A program made the position numbers and the translations under genes. A stretch of DNA of 64,000 nt. It comes from a virus. Taxonomy: Duplodnaviria; Caudoviricetes. Positions within the stretch are counted from its first letter, which is position 1. Every line of letters starts with the position of its first letter. Location of the stretch: positions 279,422-343,421 of IMG/VR virus record IMGVR_UViG_3300047160_036266; one strand, written 5' to 3'. Shown piece after piece: positions 46,654-54,777 of the stretch. The notes under the pieces were generated by a model. The model worked only from the letters and a program-made list of their open reading frames with translations, searched no databases and was not told the origin of the DNA.

Positions 46654-49313
46654 CCCTTCTTCGTATATCCGGGCTGCCCCTCAAGGTCCAGAATGTGCAA
46701 CTCGTCCATCGCACGAGTGTAAGCAACGTATTTCGCGTTGGCTTCCTGTGCCAAGTCCTCTGGACGCTGGGCCTTGGGGTGCGGGAACTGGTCGTCGCGC
46801 AGAATATACACCCTGCTGAACTCCAGTCCTTTTGACTTGTGGGCCGTCGTCAGGATGACGGGATTCTGCTCCTCGACCTTCCGGCGATATTCATTCAGAT
46901 CGCGCTCGTTCTCGGCTACATCCAGACCCGACAAATTGGCCTTCAGCCAGGCTTTGAACTGGCTGATCGTCTTTTGCGCCGGCCTGCGGCCTCGATCATC
47001 AGGGTAATCATCGCTCATCTCCGGGGCGAACATACCAATACAGTTCACCAACGCCTGGGTGGTATCCCGCAGTTCTTGCATCATCGCCCGCTTGGAGTTC
47101 GGCTGGCCCTGGTCCTCGAAACGGTCGTCTTCCTTTTGCTGGTGATCCTGCAACTTGTCCTTCAGGTCCGATATGGGCTGGTAATCGGTCGTACCCGTCA
47201 TGCGCATAATCTTGGCGATATGCTCCAACAAGTCCTTGGCCACGTCTTTGCCGACGATGATAAACGGCACCGCACTCGCCAGAAGCTTCAAGGCAGCGTT
47301 GACCAGCGGCTCGTTGGTCCGGGAGATAAACGCCGTGGGCTTGATATTGCCCTCCATTTTCTCCTTGCGCAACTGGCCGAAGGCGTCTTCGTATTTCAGT
47401 TCCTTGTGCGTGACCTCGCCCTCGCCGCCGTCCTTGAAGACCTTGCCCTGTTGCAAGTTGTTGACGTGAGTATTCTGGTTGGCGTAATCCAAGATGGCTT
47501 TGCGAGAGCGGAAATTCTTGGACAGGGTGAAAGGTTTCCAGCCCTCTTTATTGGCTGATAAGCCGCCCAACTGCTCGGCCAGATTATTGAAGGCGTCACC
47601 GTCAGCGCCCCTGAACCGATATATAGCTTGGTTGGGGTCGCCCACGGCCACTATTTTAGCGCCGGCATCATGAAGCTTCTTTAGGGCGATCTTCTGGTTC
47701 TCGTTGAAATCCTGCACTTCATCCGCCAGCACCACGTCATAATGCGGCCAGTGCAGTTCCTCGGCGTGGATGGAGGCATACCACAGGTCATCGTTGAAAT
47801 CCCGGAACTGCCCCATGTTGTATTCAAAATCATCCTTCTTCAAGACATGCTGCGAGGCGTGCGGGAGGGTTTCATCCAGCATCCACATCGTCGCCTGCAT
47901 CATCTCCTGCTTGTAGTTCTTCTTCATGAAGTCGTAGCCCAGGATGCGGCGCAGGTGGCCGGTGATCGTGGCATAGTAGCTGGGACTGTCGGCGTAACGG
48001 TCGATTCTCTCTTTCACGTCGCTCAGGCTGGTGTCGATGTCGTACTTGTCCATGACCTTCTCCAGCTTGGGCTGGACCTCGGCTTTATTGCGAGGATCGA
48101 GGGAATAGGACTTGGCCAGCCCCGTCAAGGTCAGGACTTCCTCCTTGAAAATATATTGCATCGAGTTGAGGATGCTGGTAAGCGTCTTCTTGATCTTGCT
48201 GTCGGCGGACACCATCTGGGCGGCATCCTTATTGGGAATGCCAAGGCTCTGGACCAATTGATTGAACTGCGGGGAATAGGTGGCGAGAATGCGGGCCTTC
48301 TCGATCATGCCCTTTTCGCCTGGGTGGTTCTTGCTAATCTCCACCGTGCGGCTCGTCTGGCGGATGCGGCCCTTGTTCTCCGGCGATCCAATCACCCTCC
48401 CCAAGAAGCCGTTGGTCGTTTCGACCTGCACCCATTGCGGAAACTTTTCTTTGGCCTCGACTTTGTTCTTGGTGTTGAAGACCAAATAGAGCCACTTCTG
48501 GCCGGGGTTGCCATATTTCCAGGCCAGGTGCTTGAGCATGGTGGTTTTGCCCGATCCAGCCAGGGCGTTAATCATGATGTGATCTTGGGTGCCGCCCTCC
48601 ATGATCTGCTTGAACTTCTCGTCAATCTGGCGCTGTTCGCTTTTCTCGCCGGGGGCGGTGCCGCTGTCCAGCATCTCGTCGGAGAGGATATGCTTGTTTC
48701 CTACGGGGCCGGCGGGGCTGGGCTTGGCCGGCTCTGGGGCCGGATCGGCATGGGGCCTGACGTGGGCCATAAGGTCTTCGATATTCTTGGACGTGATCGG
48801 CTGACCCGTCTCTTCGTCCTTGACGGACGTGACGATGTTCTTGACGGCCTCGCCAGGAATGATGGCGGTTCTCTTCTCGGCGTCCAGGGAGATCATCTCC
48901 CAGGAGGCGTCTTTTCGCTTGGCCAGGGCAACGTCCTGTCCGATGCGGAAACCCTGGGAGTTGTTGCCGGTGATTTTGGCCAATACCCAGGTTGGTCCGG
49001 CGGCTGGTTGCATGGAAGGTAAAGCCCTCGCTGGTGGACGCTCCTCCGGCGGGGGAGCAGCGGGTGGTTCGGGTCTTGGAGCAGGATGGGGAGCCGGTTT
49101 AGCAGCGGGCTTGGCTGCCCGACGCTTGGCTAGTTCCTCTTCAATTTCTCTACGGAATTCGGGGCTGATGAGTCCGGGATTATCGACGTTTTGCAAGGCC
49201 CAGGTCAGCCAGCCGCTATCAACTTCGCTGTGGTGCTTCCCTCGATGTTTGCCGAATCCAAACACACCCTCGTTCGTAAGGGTGAGCCAGCTTTTGAAAG
49301 TGAGTGTGTCCAT
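46650..49313 (-). CDS. UvrD/Rep-family SF1 helicase with an N-terminal extension and Pro-rich linker
   Basis: ALAGSGKTT, DEVQD, VGDPNQAIYRFRGA, LSKNFRS, TAHKSKGLEF and YVAYTRA. Start moved to 49313 because the longer ORF start crosses a terminator. Confidence 0.92.
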   Translation of the reverse strand: MDTLTFKSWLTLTNEGVFGFGKHRGKHHSEVDSGWLTWALQNVDNPGLISPEFRREIEEELAKRRAAKPAAKPAPHPAPRPEPPAAPPPEERPPARALPSMQPAAGPTWVLAKITGNNSQGFRIGQDVALAKRKDASWEMISLDAEKRTAIIPGEAVKNIVTSVKDEETGQPITSKNIEDLMAHVRPHADPAPEPAKPSPAGPVGNKHILSDEMLDSGTAPGEKSEQRQIDEKFKQIMEGGTQDHIMINALAGSGKTTMLKHLAWKYGNPGQKWLYLVFNTKNKVEAKEKFPQWVQVETTNGFLGRVIGSPENKGRIRQTSRTVEISKNHPGEKGMIEKARILATYSPQFNQLVQSLGIPNKDAAQMVSADSKIKKTLTSILNSMQYIFKEEVLTLTGLAKSYSLDPRNKAEVQPKLEKVMDKYDIDTSLSDVKERIDRYADSPSYYATITGHLRRILGYDFMKKNYKQEMMQATMWMLDETLPHASQHVLKKDDFEYNMGQFRDFNDDLWYASIHAEELHWPHYDVVLADEVQDFNENQKIALKKLHDAGAKIVAVGDPNQAIYRFRGADGDAFNNLAEQLGGLSANKEGWKPFTLSKNFRSRKAILDYANQNTHVNNLQQGKVFKDGGEGEVTHKELKYEDAFGQLRKEKMEGNIKPTAFISRTNEPLVNAALKLLASAVPFIIVGKDVAKDLLEHIAKIMRMTGTTDYQPISDLKDKLQDHQQKEDDRFEDQGQPNSKRAMMQELRDTTQALVNCIGMFAPEMSDDYPDDRGRRPAQKTISQFKAWLKANLSGLDVAENERDLNEYRRKVEEQNPVILTTAHKSKGLEFSRVYILRDDQFPHPKAQRPEDLAQEANAKYVAYTRAMDELHILDLEGQPGYTKKG

Positions 49314-49340
49314 GCTGGGATTATTTAGCACCGCAGGTGC

Positions 49341-49387
49341 AAAAAGAAAACCCCGGCGATCCCATTTCTGGAACCGCCGGGGTTTTC
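49341..49387 (-). terminator. Strong rho-independent terminator ending the candidate ncRNA
   Basis: GAAAACCCCGGCG-GTTCCA GAAA TGGGAT-CGCCGGGGTTTTC then TTTTT: 13 perfect pairs plus 6 pairs (two G.U) and a GAAA loop. Confidence 0.9.
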
Positions 49388-50215
49388 CCAGCAGATCAGT
49401 TTCCACACTCCGCACACGCGCTTTCGCGTTTGCTATGCAGAAGTACGAAGTGCGCCAATTGAGTCCGTCATCCTTTGGTGTTATTGCAGCTTTCCACAAG
49501 GTATGTCTGCCTGCTCAGGCCATTTGGACCCGCCGCTGACCCTGTGGCGTGACAGTATGAGGTTTGCGAACGGCTTGCACCTTCTCACTCCCTTGGGGTT
49601 TGAACGCCGGTTCCTACTTCTGCCCAACGCTTTGCAGCGTCATGCGTCCCATAGCACCACCAACGCCCTTGCCTTACGGTCGCTCCTCGGCTCTTGCCGT
49701 CACCTTGACCCCATACCCTCCTCATCTTAACGCCGGAGGAGTAGCGTCGTTTCGTGGGCGGCTTTTTGCGTGCCGCCAGGCTCAGCACCGATATGCTCGC
49801 TCGCCAGCGATGCTCCGTTAATGAGCGGAGGGCTTTTCAGCGGGGCACTGCTACTCCCCGCCGTATACCCCTCGGTGCAACCAGGACTCTCGCATCCACC
49901 GCTCAGGCACCCTTTTGGGGCGGCGTTCCTAAGCGTTCATCAGGACACCTGTTGCGGCCTATTTACCCCCTGCCCATTTCTGGTCAAAGGGCTGCTTAGC
50001 CACCATCCTGGTTCCGACTGCCTGCCGTGGTTTCCCGGATCAAATCCCCCTCCAGAGCAAGTCTTGAAGGTTTCATCTCCCCGTTGTGCCGAATAGCACT
50101 CCCTACCCTCGGTCTTGGTTTTCGTCTCGGCGGGATTTTTCACCCGTCCGATTGCCCACGGCCTTCCCGTTTCCCCGCCCCCTTTCCAGAGAGCGGGCGG
50201 ACTCGTCAACCCGGT

Positions 50216-50238
50216 TGTCAAAGAGCAAGGCTCTCACC
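50216..50238 (-). promoter_or_regulatory. rrn-type antitermination leader (boxB-like hairpin plus boxA)
   Basis: GGT-GAGA-GCC (50238-50229) immediately followed by TGCTCTTTGACA (50227-50216), 11/12 identical to the E. coli boxA TGCTCTTTAACA. Confidence 0.75.
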
Positions 50239-50251
50239 GTTGCATGATCTT

Positions 50252-50280
50252 CTTTTACTGCACCCTGCCGAAGTTGTCAA
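50252..50280 (-). promoter_or_regulatory. sigma70-type promoter for the candidate ncRNA
   Basis: TTGACA (50280-50275), 17 nt, TAAAAG (50257-50252): perfect -35, weak -10. Confidence 0.55.
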
Positions 50281-50307
50281 CCCCGTTTTACGTTTTCTGC
50301 GGAGAGG

Positions 50308-50336
50308 TTTACAACTGTCGCATCCTCTAGTATAGT
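50308..50336 (+). promoter_or_regulatory. sigma70-type promoter, probably giving a leaderless RNA-ligase mRNA
   Basis: TTTACA, 17 nt, TATAGT, with the ATG 7 nt later and no SD. Confidence 0.7.
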
Positions 50337-50343
50337 AAGTACC

Positions 50344-51063
50344 ATGAAGTCCGACAAGAGCCTACTCCCGGAATTTCCACGAACACGCCACCTGCCGTAC
50401 AAGCCCAATGCTGTGCGGGACGATCTGGTGGCGTCGGAGGATGATTGCGCCGTAATCTTCACCCTGGCAACCGTTTACGTCGAGGAGAAAGTGGACGGGG
50501 CCAACAGCGGCATGATGTTCTATGAGGACCGCCCCATAATAAGAAACAGGAGCCATGTGCTGAACAAGGGCTACCTGAAGGACACCCCGGCCAAGGTCCA
50601 GTTCCGCCCGATCTGGAACTGGTTTTATCAGAATAAGAAGTCCTTCGCTGATATAAACCGCATGGCGGGCGGTTCCGTGGGAATATATGGGGAGTGGATG
50701 TACGCCCTGCACGGGATCGAGTACGACCGGCTGCCCGACTGGTTCATCGCCTATGATGTCTACGACCCGGAGGCAGGAAAGTTTCTGGACACGGCCAAGG
50801 CCCGCCATCTATTGGAGGCGGCTGGCTTCCAGACCACGCCCTTCCTCCACGGCGGTCCCGTCGAAAGCTGGGAGCAGCTAGAGCGGTTCTGCCACGAACC
50901 CTCGGCGTTTTCTGGCAAGGACCGGCGGGAAGGGGTTTATATCAAGGTGTCGGACGGGCGATTCACCACCCACCGTTTCAAAATGGTGCGGGGCGATTTT
51001 ACCCAGGGATGCAAGTGGAACGAGAAGAGGATCACCAAGAACCAACTCTTCAAGGGGAAATGA
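50344..51063 (+). CDS. ATP-dependent RNA ligase (Rnl2-like nucleotidyltransferase domain)
   Basis: FPRTRHL, EEKVDGAN (KxDG), YGEW, FIAYDV, EGVYIK and KMVRGDF. Confidence 0.88.
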   Translation: MKSDKSLLPEFPRTRHLPYKPNAVRDDLVASEDDCAVIFTLATVYVEEKVDGANSGMMFYEDRPIIRNRSHVLNKGYLKDTPAKVQFRPIWNWFYQNKKSFADINRMAGGSVGIYGEWMYALHGIEYDRLPDWFIAYDVYDPEAGKFLDTAKARHLLEAAGFQTTPFLHGGPVESWEQLERFCHEPSAFSGKDRREGVYIKVSDGRFTTHRFKMVRGDFTQGCKWNEKRITKNQLFKGK

Positions 51064-51064
51064 C

Positions 51065-51511
51065 ATGGCCGATCACTGGCGCGAAGTACGGGTGACGTTT
51101 CTGGCGGACCACGAGGACACGACGACTGCTCAGGATGAGGACAGTCCGGTGATGGTCTTCTGGAAGAGCGACACCTTCTACGCTGAGGTTCAGGACCAGG
51201 GCGAGGACTGGCGGATGCACGTTCTCGACCAGGAAACCGCCCTGGAATGGTACGACGTTCCCAAGAACAAGGTCCGCATCTTGCCGGTTGATTACTATAC
51301 GGCGGACGTGACCTTCCTGAAAGAATGGCAGTTCACCACGCCGGATGACACCGAACTGACGGTGGAACGCCACGAAACCTACGAGGCGGGTGTCGTGGAT
51401 GACGGCACCGAAACCGTGGACTTGCTGCTCAACGCCCTGATGCGGCCCATCAACCAGATCAAGCAGGTGCCACGGAGCATTTTGCGGGTGGCACGAAAAC
51501 CGGAGGATTGA
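51065..51511 (+). CDS. Acidic hypothetical protein (148 aa)
   Basis: Tightly packed in the operon. Confidence 0.75.
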   Translation: MADHWREVRVTFLADHEDTTTAQDEDSPVMVFWKSDTFYAEVQDQGEDWRMHVLDQETALEWYDVPKNKVRILPVDYYTADVTFLKEWQFTTPDDTELTVERHETYEAGVVDDGTETVDLLLNALMRPINQIKQVPRSILRVARKPED

Positions 51512-51512
51512 C

Positions 51513-52010
51513 ATGGCTGGGACCATACTGACCCTGGAACGCAAGCGCATCGACCGCCACCGCCTCTATGGGGTGGTGGTGGCCGAGTCGGATCAGTTGA
51601 TGTTGCTGCACCAGAACGACGACTTCCAGTTCGACGGCTATGTGGTCGTCCGCAAGAAGGACATCACCAAGAGCCTGACCTCGGAGGGCACCGACCACTG
51701 CATCGCCATCATGAAGAAGGAAGGGCTGTGGGAGCCGGTGCCACGCAGCGTCAAGCGGCTGCCGGTCGATTCCTGGGGCAGCCTCCTGAACCGCTTCGTG
51801 GGCAAGGTTGTCATCCTTGAGGCCGAGTGGACGGACGACTTCTACATCGGCCCCGTGCTGGAAGTCCAAAAGAACGCCGTCGTCATCGACTATATTGACT
51901 GCTGCGGCAAACGCATGGGCGAGGAGAAGATTTCCTTCCGGCGTATTACCCAGGTGCGCTTCGGCGGTCGTTATGAAACGATGCACGAGAAGTACATGGA
52001 GAAGGAATGA
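51513..52010 (+). CDS. Hypothetical protein (165 aa)
   Basis: GGAGG RBS; tight packing. Confidence 0.75.
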   Translation: MAGTILTLERKRIDRHRLYGVVVAESDQLMLLHQNDDFQFDGYVVVRKKDITKSLTSEGTDHCIAIMKKEGLWEPVPRSVKRLPVDSWGSLLNRFVGKVVILEAEWTDDFYIGPVLEVQKNAVVIDYIDCCGKRMGEEKISFRRITQVRFGGRYETMHEKYMEKE

Positions 52011-52282
52011 AGGCTTGCGAACTAAGAATCGGTGACAGGGTGCGGATCACCGCCATTCCCGGCGAAGGTGTACCCAATTACACACTCCACCGGGAAACCC
52101 GGCAGGTCTACCAGAAGATCATCGCCCGGAAGCGCTCGGTGCGCATTTCGGAAATTGATGAGGATGGGCAGCCCTGGTACACCGTCAAGTTCCGGCGCAA
52201 GAATGGGAAGTGGGAGGAACACGTCCTCAATATCATGGACAGCGACACCAATTGGGTGCCTGTTAAAAGAAAGGTCAAATGA
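52007..52282 (+). CDS. Hypothetical protein (91 aa, SH3-like beta composition)
   Basis: ATGA coupling at both ends. Confidence 0.75.
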   Translation: MKACELRIGDRVRITAIPGEGVPNYTLHRETRQVYQKIIARKRSVRISEIDEDGQPWYTVKFRRKNGKWEEHVLNIMDSDTNWVPVKRKVK

Positions 52283-53001
52283 AAATATACAAGGAACACC
52301 ACAGCTTCGCCCCCGTCCTTCGGGACCGCTTCGCCACCGTGATTACCATTACCGATGAGGATACTCTGGAGGCGGCGAGCCATTATGATAATGCTTGCTG
52401 TCTCAATTTCGCTTCGCACAAGCGGCCTGGCGGCGGTTATAAAGCCGTGCAACATATACCCATGCCCATCAAGACTCAGGAGGAAGACCTTTTCCGGCGG
52501 TCCAACTTACCGGATATAATGGACACCAAGCAGGTCCGCCAGCACTACCCGCTTACCGGCGTGGAGGGTATCTATTGCGGCGGCGTCCAGGTCGAGCGGG
52601 ACAACAAGCTGGTGGCGCACGACCCTTATACGGTGTCGGTTATAACCGTGCCGGCGGTCGTTAATCCCCAGCCAGAACAAAAAGGTCTGGTCCGGGACAA
52701 GGTGAGGCGAATTTTGGAAATCGCCGCTGAGCAAGGCCATGAGGTATTGATCCTGGGTGCTTGGGGCTGCGGCGTTTTCAACAACGACCCGGAGGAGATC
52801 GCCGGGTTGTTCCTGGGCTTCCTGGTCGGTGAGTTCCGGGGCGTGTTCAGCGAGGTAGTCTTCGCCATCCCCGGCAAGGAAAGCCGGAACCACAAATTGT
52901 TTGTATCGGTGCTTCATGAGACTGTATACTCGGCCCAAGTCAACCCTGTCCAAATACCGGAGGCGGAAGCTCGCCCTGGAGAAGACACGCCAGTGGCTTG
53001 A
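52279..53001 (+). CDS. TIGR02452 / bacterial PARG-like macrodomain (ADP-ribose glycohydrolase)
   Basis: LNFASHKRPGGG, TQEEDLFRRSNL and LILGAWGCGVFNNDP. Confidence 0.88.
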   Translation: MKIYKEHHSFAPVLRDRFATVITITDEDTLEAASHYDNACCLNFASHKRPGGGYKAVQHIPMPIKTQEEDLFRRSNLPDIMDTKQVRQHYPLTGVEGIYCGGVQVERDNKLVAHDPYTVSVITVPAVVNPQPEQKGLVRDKVRRILEIAAEQGHEVLILGAWGCGVFNNDPEEIAGLFLGFLVGEFRGVFSEVVFAIPGKESRNHKLFVSVLHETVYSAQVNPVQIPEAEARPGEDTPVA

Positions 53002-53227
53002 GCAATACCACGCACCGAAGGAACCGCCAGCGGAACCCCGCAAGGAACACAAGAGGACCAAGCCGGACCCAAAGGAACAAAAGTCCTTCTACCGCCGCCA
53101 ACAGGAAAAGGGCTGGCGGGCGCAGAACGAAGAAGATTACTACACGCCCACGCAGCAGGAAATGACCAAGATTTTGACGGTCGCAGAGGCCCTGGCCCTG
53201 CTCGACCGAATGGGGGAGAACGCATGA
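52916..53227 (+). CDS. Basic hypothetical protein (~103 aa)
   Basis: Fills the gap and couples to the next gene by ATGA; overlaps the PARG 3' end. Confidence 0.55.
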   Translation: MRLYTRPKSTLSKYRRRKLALEKTRQWLEQYHAPKEPPAEPRKEHKRTKPDPKEQKSFYRRQQEKGWRAQNEEDYYTPTQQEMTKILTVAEALALLDRMGENA

Positions 53228-53850
53228 GCAACGTCAAGATCACCGACATGCAGAAGAAATGGCTCGGCCTGCCCGAACCAACCTTCTGCAACGGCAAGAA
53301 GAAGCTCAAGCTCTGGGACTTCGACGGCACGCTCTATAACTCCCCAGACCGTGCCGAAGGGGAGGTTCTGTACCTGGAGGGAACGGGTAAGGAGTGGCCC
53401 TTCGGCGGCTGGTGGGGTCGTATTGAAACTCTCATGCCGCCCATCATCCCCGATCCGCCGCCACGGGACAGGCTCATTCTCTGGACCTACGAGCAATACC
53501 TCCAGGCCAAGGCCGACCCCCAGGCTCATAACGTCCTGCTCACCGGGCGTCCCTACAAGAACCGCCAGCGGGTCCAGGCCATCCTTGCGCACTTTGATAT
53601 TTCCTTCGATGAGGAATATTACCGGGGGATGCGGGGCCTCGACGGACACGATACCTTCGAGATCAAGTGCGGCATCATCGAGAACCGCCTGGTCAGTAGC
53701 CGCCTCGAAGAGATCGACCTGTGGGAAGACCGCCCCGAACACACCGGGCCGTTCACGGCCTTCCTCGGTCGCCTCAAGTCCAAGTACCGCAATACTTTGC
53801 GTAGGGCCGTGGTGCATGACGTGCCTAACCAGGCGCATTACGAGGTTTAA
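53224..53850 (+). CDS. HAD phosphatase, Swiss Army Knife RNA-repair-like family
   Basis: WDFDGTLYNSP, WW, LLTGR and LWEDRPEH. Confidence 0.85.
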   Translation: MSNVKITDMQKKWLGLPEPTFCNGKKKLKLWDFDGTLYNSPDRAEGEVLYLEGTGKEWPFGGWWGRIETLMPPIIPDPPPRDRLILWTYEQYLQAKADPQAHNVLLTGRPYKNRQRVQAILAHFDISFDEEYYRGMRGLDGHDTFEIKCGIIENRLVSSRLEEIDLWEDRPEHTGPFTAFLGRLKSKYRNTLRRAVVHDVPNQAHYEV

Positions 53851-53881
53851 TCCCCCGGATTTTTAGTATATAATCCGGGGG
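53846..53881 (+). promoter_or_regulatory. sigma70-type promoter with its -10 inside a 10-bp inverted repeat
   Basis: TTTAAT, 17 nt, TATAAT (53869-53874); CCCCCGGATT (53852-53861) / AATCCGGGGG (53872-53881). Confidence 0.6.
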
Positions 53882-53885
53882 TGTT

Positions 53886-54209
53886 ATGACATACGAGAAT
53901 TATCGGAGGCTGATTCGTCTATTGCGTCAACAGTGCCCGGCGGCGTTTCCGGTGACGGTACGCCGGGTTCGTCTCAGGGACAAGGACGGGGACTGTTCCA
54001 AGAAGGATAGTCGTTTTCTCATCCGCATAAACAAGGAGTTGGGGGAAAGCGGGTCCATCGACGCCCTGTTGCACGAGTGGGCGCACGCACGGGCGTGGAA
54101 CCATTTGCATGACACTTGCGACCATTCCGAATTTGAAAAACGGGTGCATGACGCATCGTGGGGCGTGGCCTATGCGGAAGTGTACCGAATATTTGAGCAG
54201 AACTTCTAA
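53886..54209 (+). CDS. Small HExxH metallopeptidase-like protein (SprT/ImmA-like)
   Basis: DALLHEWAHA. Confidence 0.65.
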   Translation: MTYENYRRLIRLLRQQCPAAFPVTVRRVRLRDKDGDCSKKDSRFLIRINKELGESGSIDALLHEWAHARAWNHLHDTCDHSEFEKRVHDASWGVAYAEVYRIFEQNF

Positions 54210-54502
54210 TGAAAAACCTGACCGTTGACGGCGGCTCGCCACCCCCGACCCTGATGGGGCTGGTGGAGGAAGTGTTCAAGAGCGGTACGCCGGAGGAGGC
54301 GTTGGCCCTGGCAATGCAGTGGCTCTATGCCAAGAAGCTCCAGGGCAACCCCCTGCAAGACAAAATCAACAAATGGAAACAACATTGGGGTCCAGTGACA
54401 CAGCAGAAGGTTCTGAACTTCGTCCGGGACCATGAAATGGACGCCGAAATTGTTTCCCGGCTGGCGATCCCTGTTGTCACTCGATGCAAGGTGGATATAT
54501 GA
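54209..54502 (+). CDS. Hypothetical protein (97 aa)
   Basis: TAATG and ATGA coupling. Confidence 0.7.
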   Translation: MKNLTVDGGSPPPTLMGLVEEVFKSGTPEEALALAMQWLYAKKLQGNPLQDKINKWKQHWGPVTQQKVLNFVRDHEMDAEIVSRLAIPVVTRCKVDI

Positions 54503-54777
54503 AACCGATGTCTTACCGGCAACTTCAACGCTTTTCTGACAAGGTATCGCCCTGGGTGGGCCAGACGCCAGGTGTGGCCGGTACGGGTATCCAGTTGGAC
54601 GAAGGCCACGTTGATACCTTTGTCATTTACTTGGAACATAAAATCGAGGACAATATAAAGAGTGACCTGCTCGCCCGGTTGCAACAGGCGGCTCCCAAAG
54701 ACCGGGAGTTGCGTGTTCTGTGGCAAATAACCGGGAAGATGGAGCTTCAAGAGAAAGGAAGGAAAGATGCTGATTGA
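54499..54777 (+). CDS. Hypothetical protein (92 aa)
   Basis: Start moved to the ATGA overlap. Confidence 0.7.
   Translation: MKPMSYRQLQRFSDKVSPWVGQTPGVAGTGIQLDEGHVDTFVIYLEHKIEDNIKSDLLARLQQAAPKDRELRVLWQITGKMELQEKGRKDAD

Larger units (their letters stand above)
49341..50245 (-). ncRNA. Candidate large structured non-coding RNA (~850-900 nt; GOLLD/ROOL size class or new)
   Basis: No credible ORF; promoter, boxB/boxA, many GNRA-capped hairpins with G.U pairs that work on the minus strand, and a terminator. Confidence 0.75.

Noticed and set aside
49314-49499. 62-aa N-terminal extension of the helicase in the ORF track
   Set aside because: It runs through a strong terminator and the structured RNA 3' end; ATG 49313 has a TAAATA box and a leader-like sequence
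50216-50221. Second TTGACA as a -35 element
   Set aside because: The sequence 17 nt downstream is GCCCGC, not a -10; the hexamer is part of boxA
49341-50245. Identity as rRNA, RNase P RNA, tmRNA, tRNA cluster or group II intron
   Set aside because: I found no universal rRNA motifs, no GAGGAAAGUCC, no tRNA-like ends or T-loop GTTCGA and no domain-V pattern; the region does not interrupt a gene. This is by eye only and needs Infernal.
49503-50335. Seven short overlapping ORFs on both strands
   Set aside because: No RBS, no recognisable motifs, mutually overlapping, and better explained by a GC-rich structured RNA
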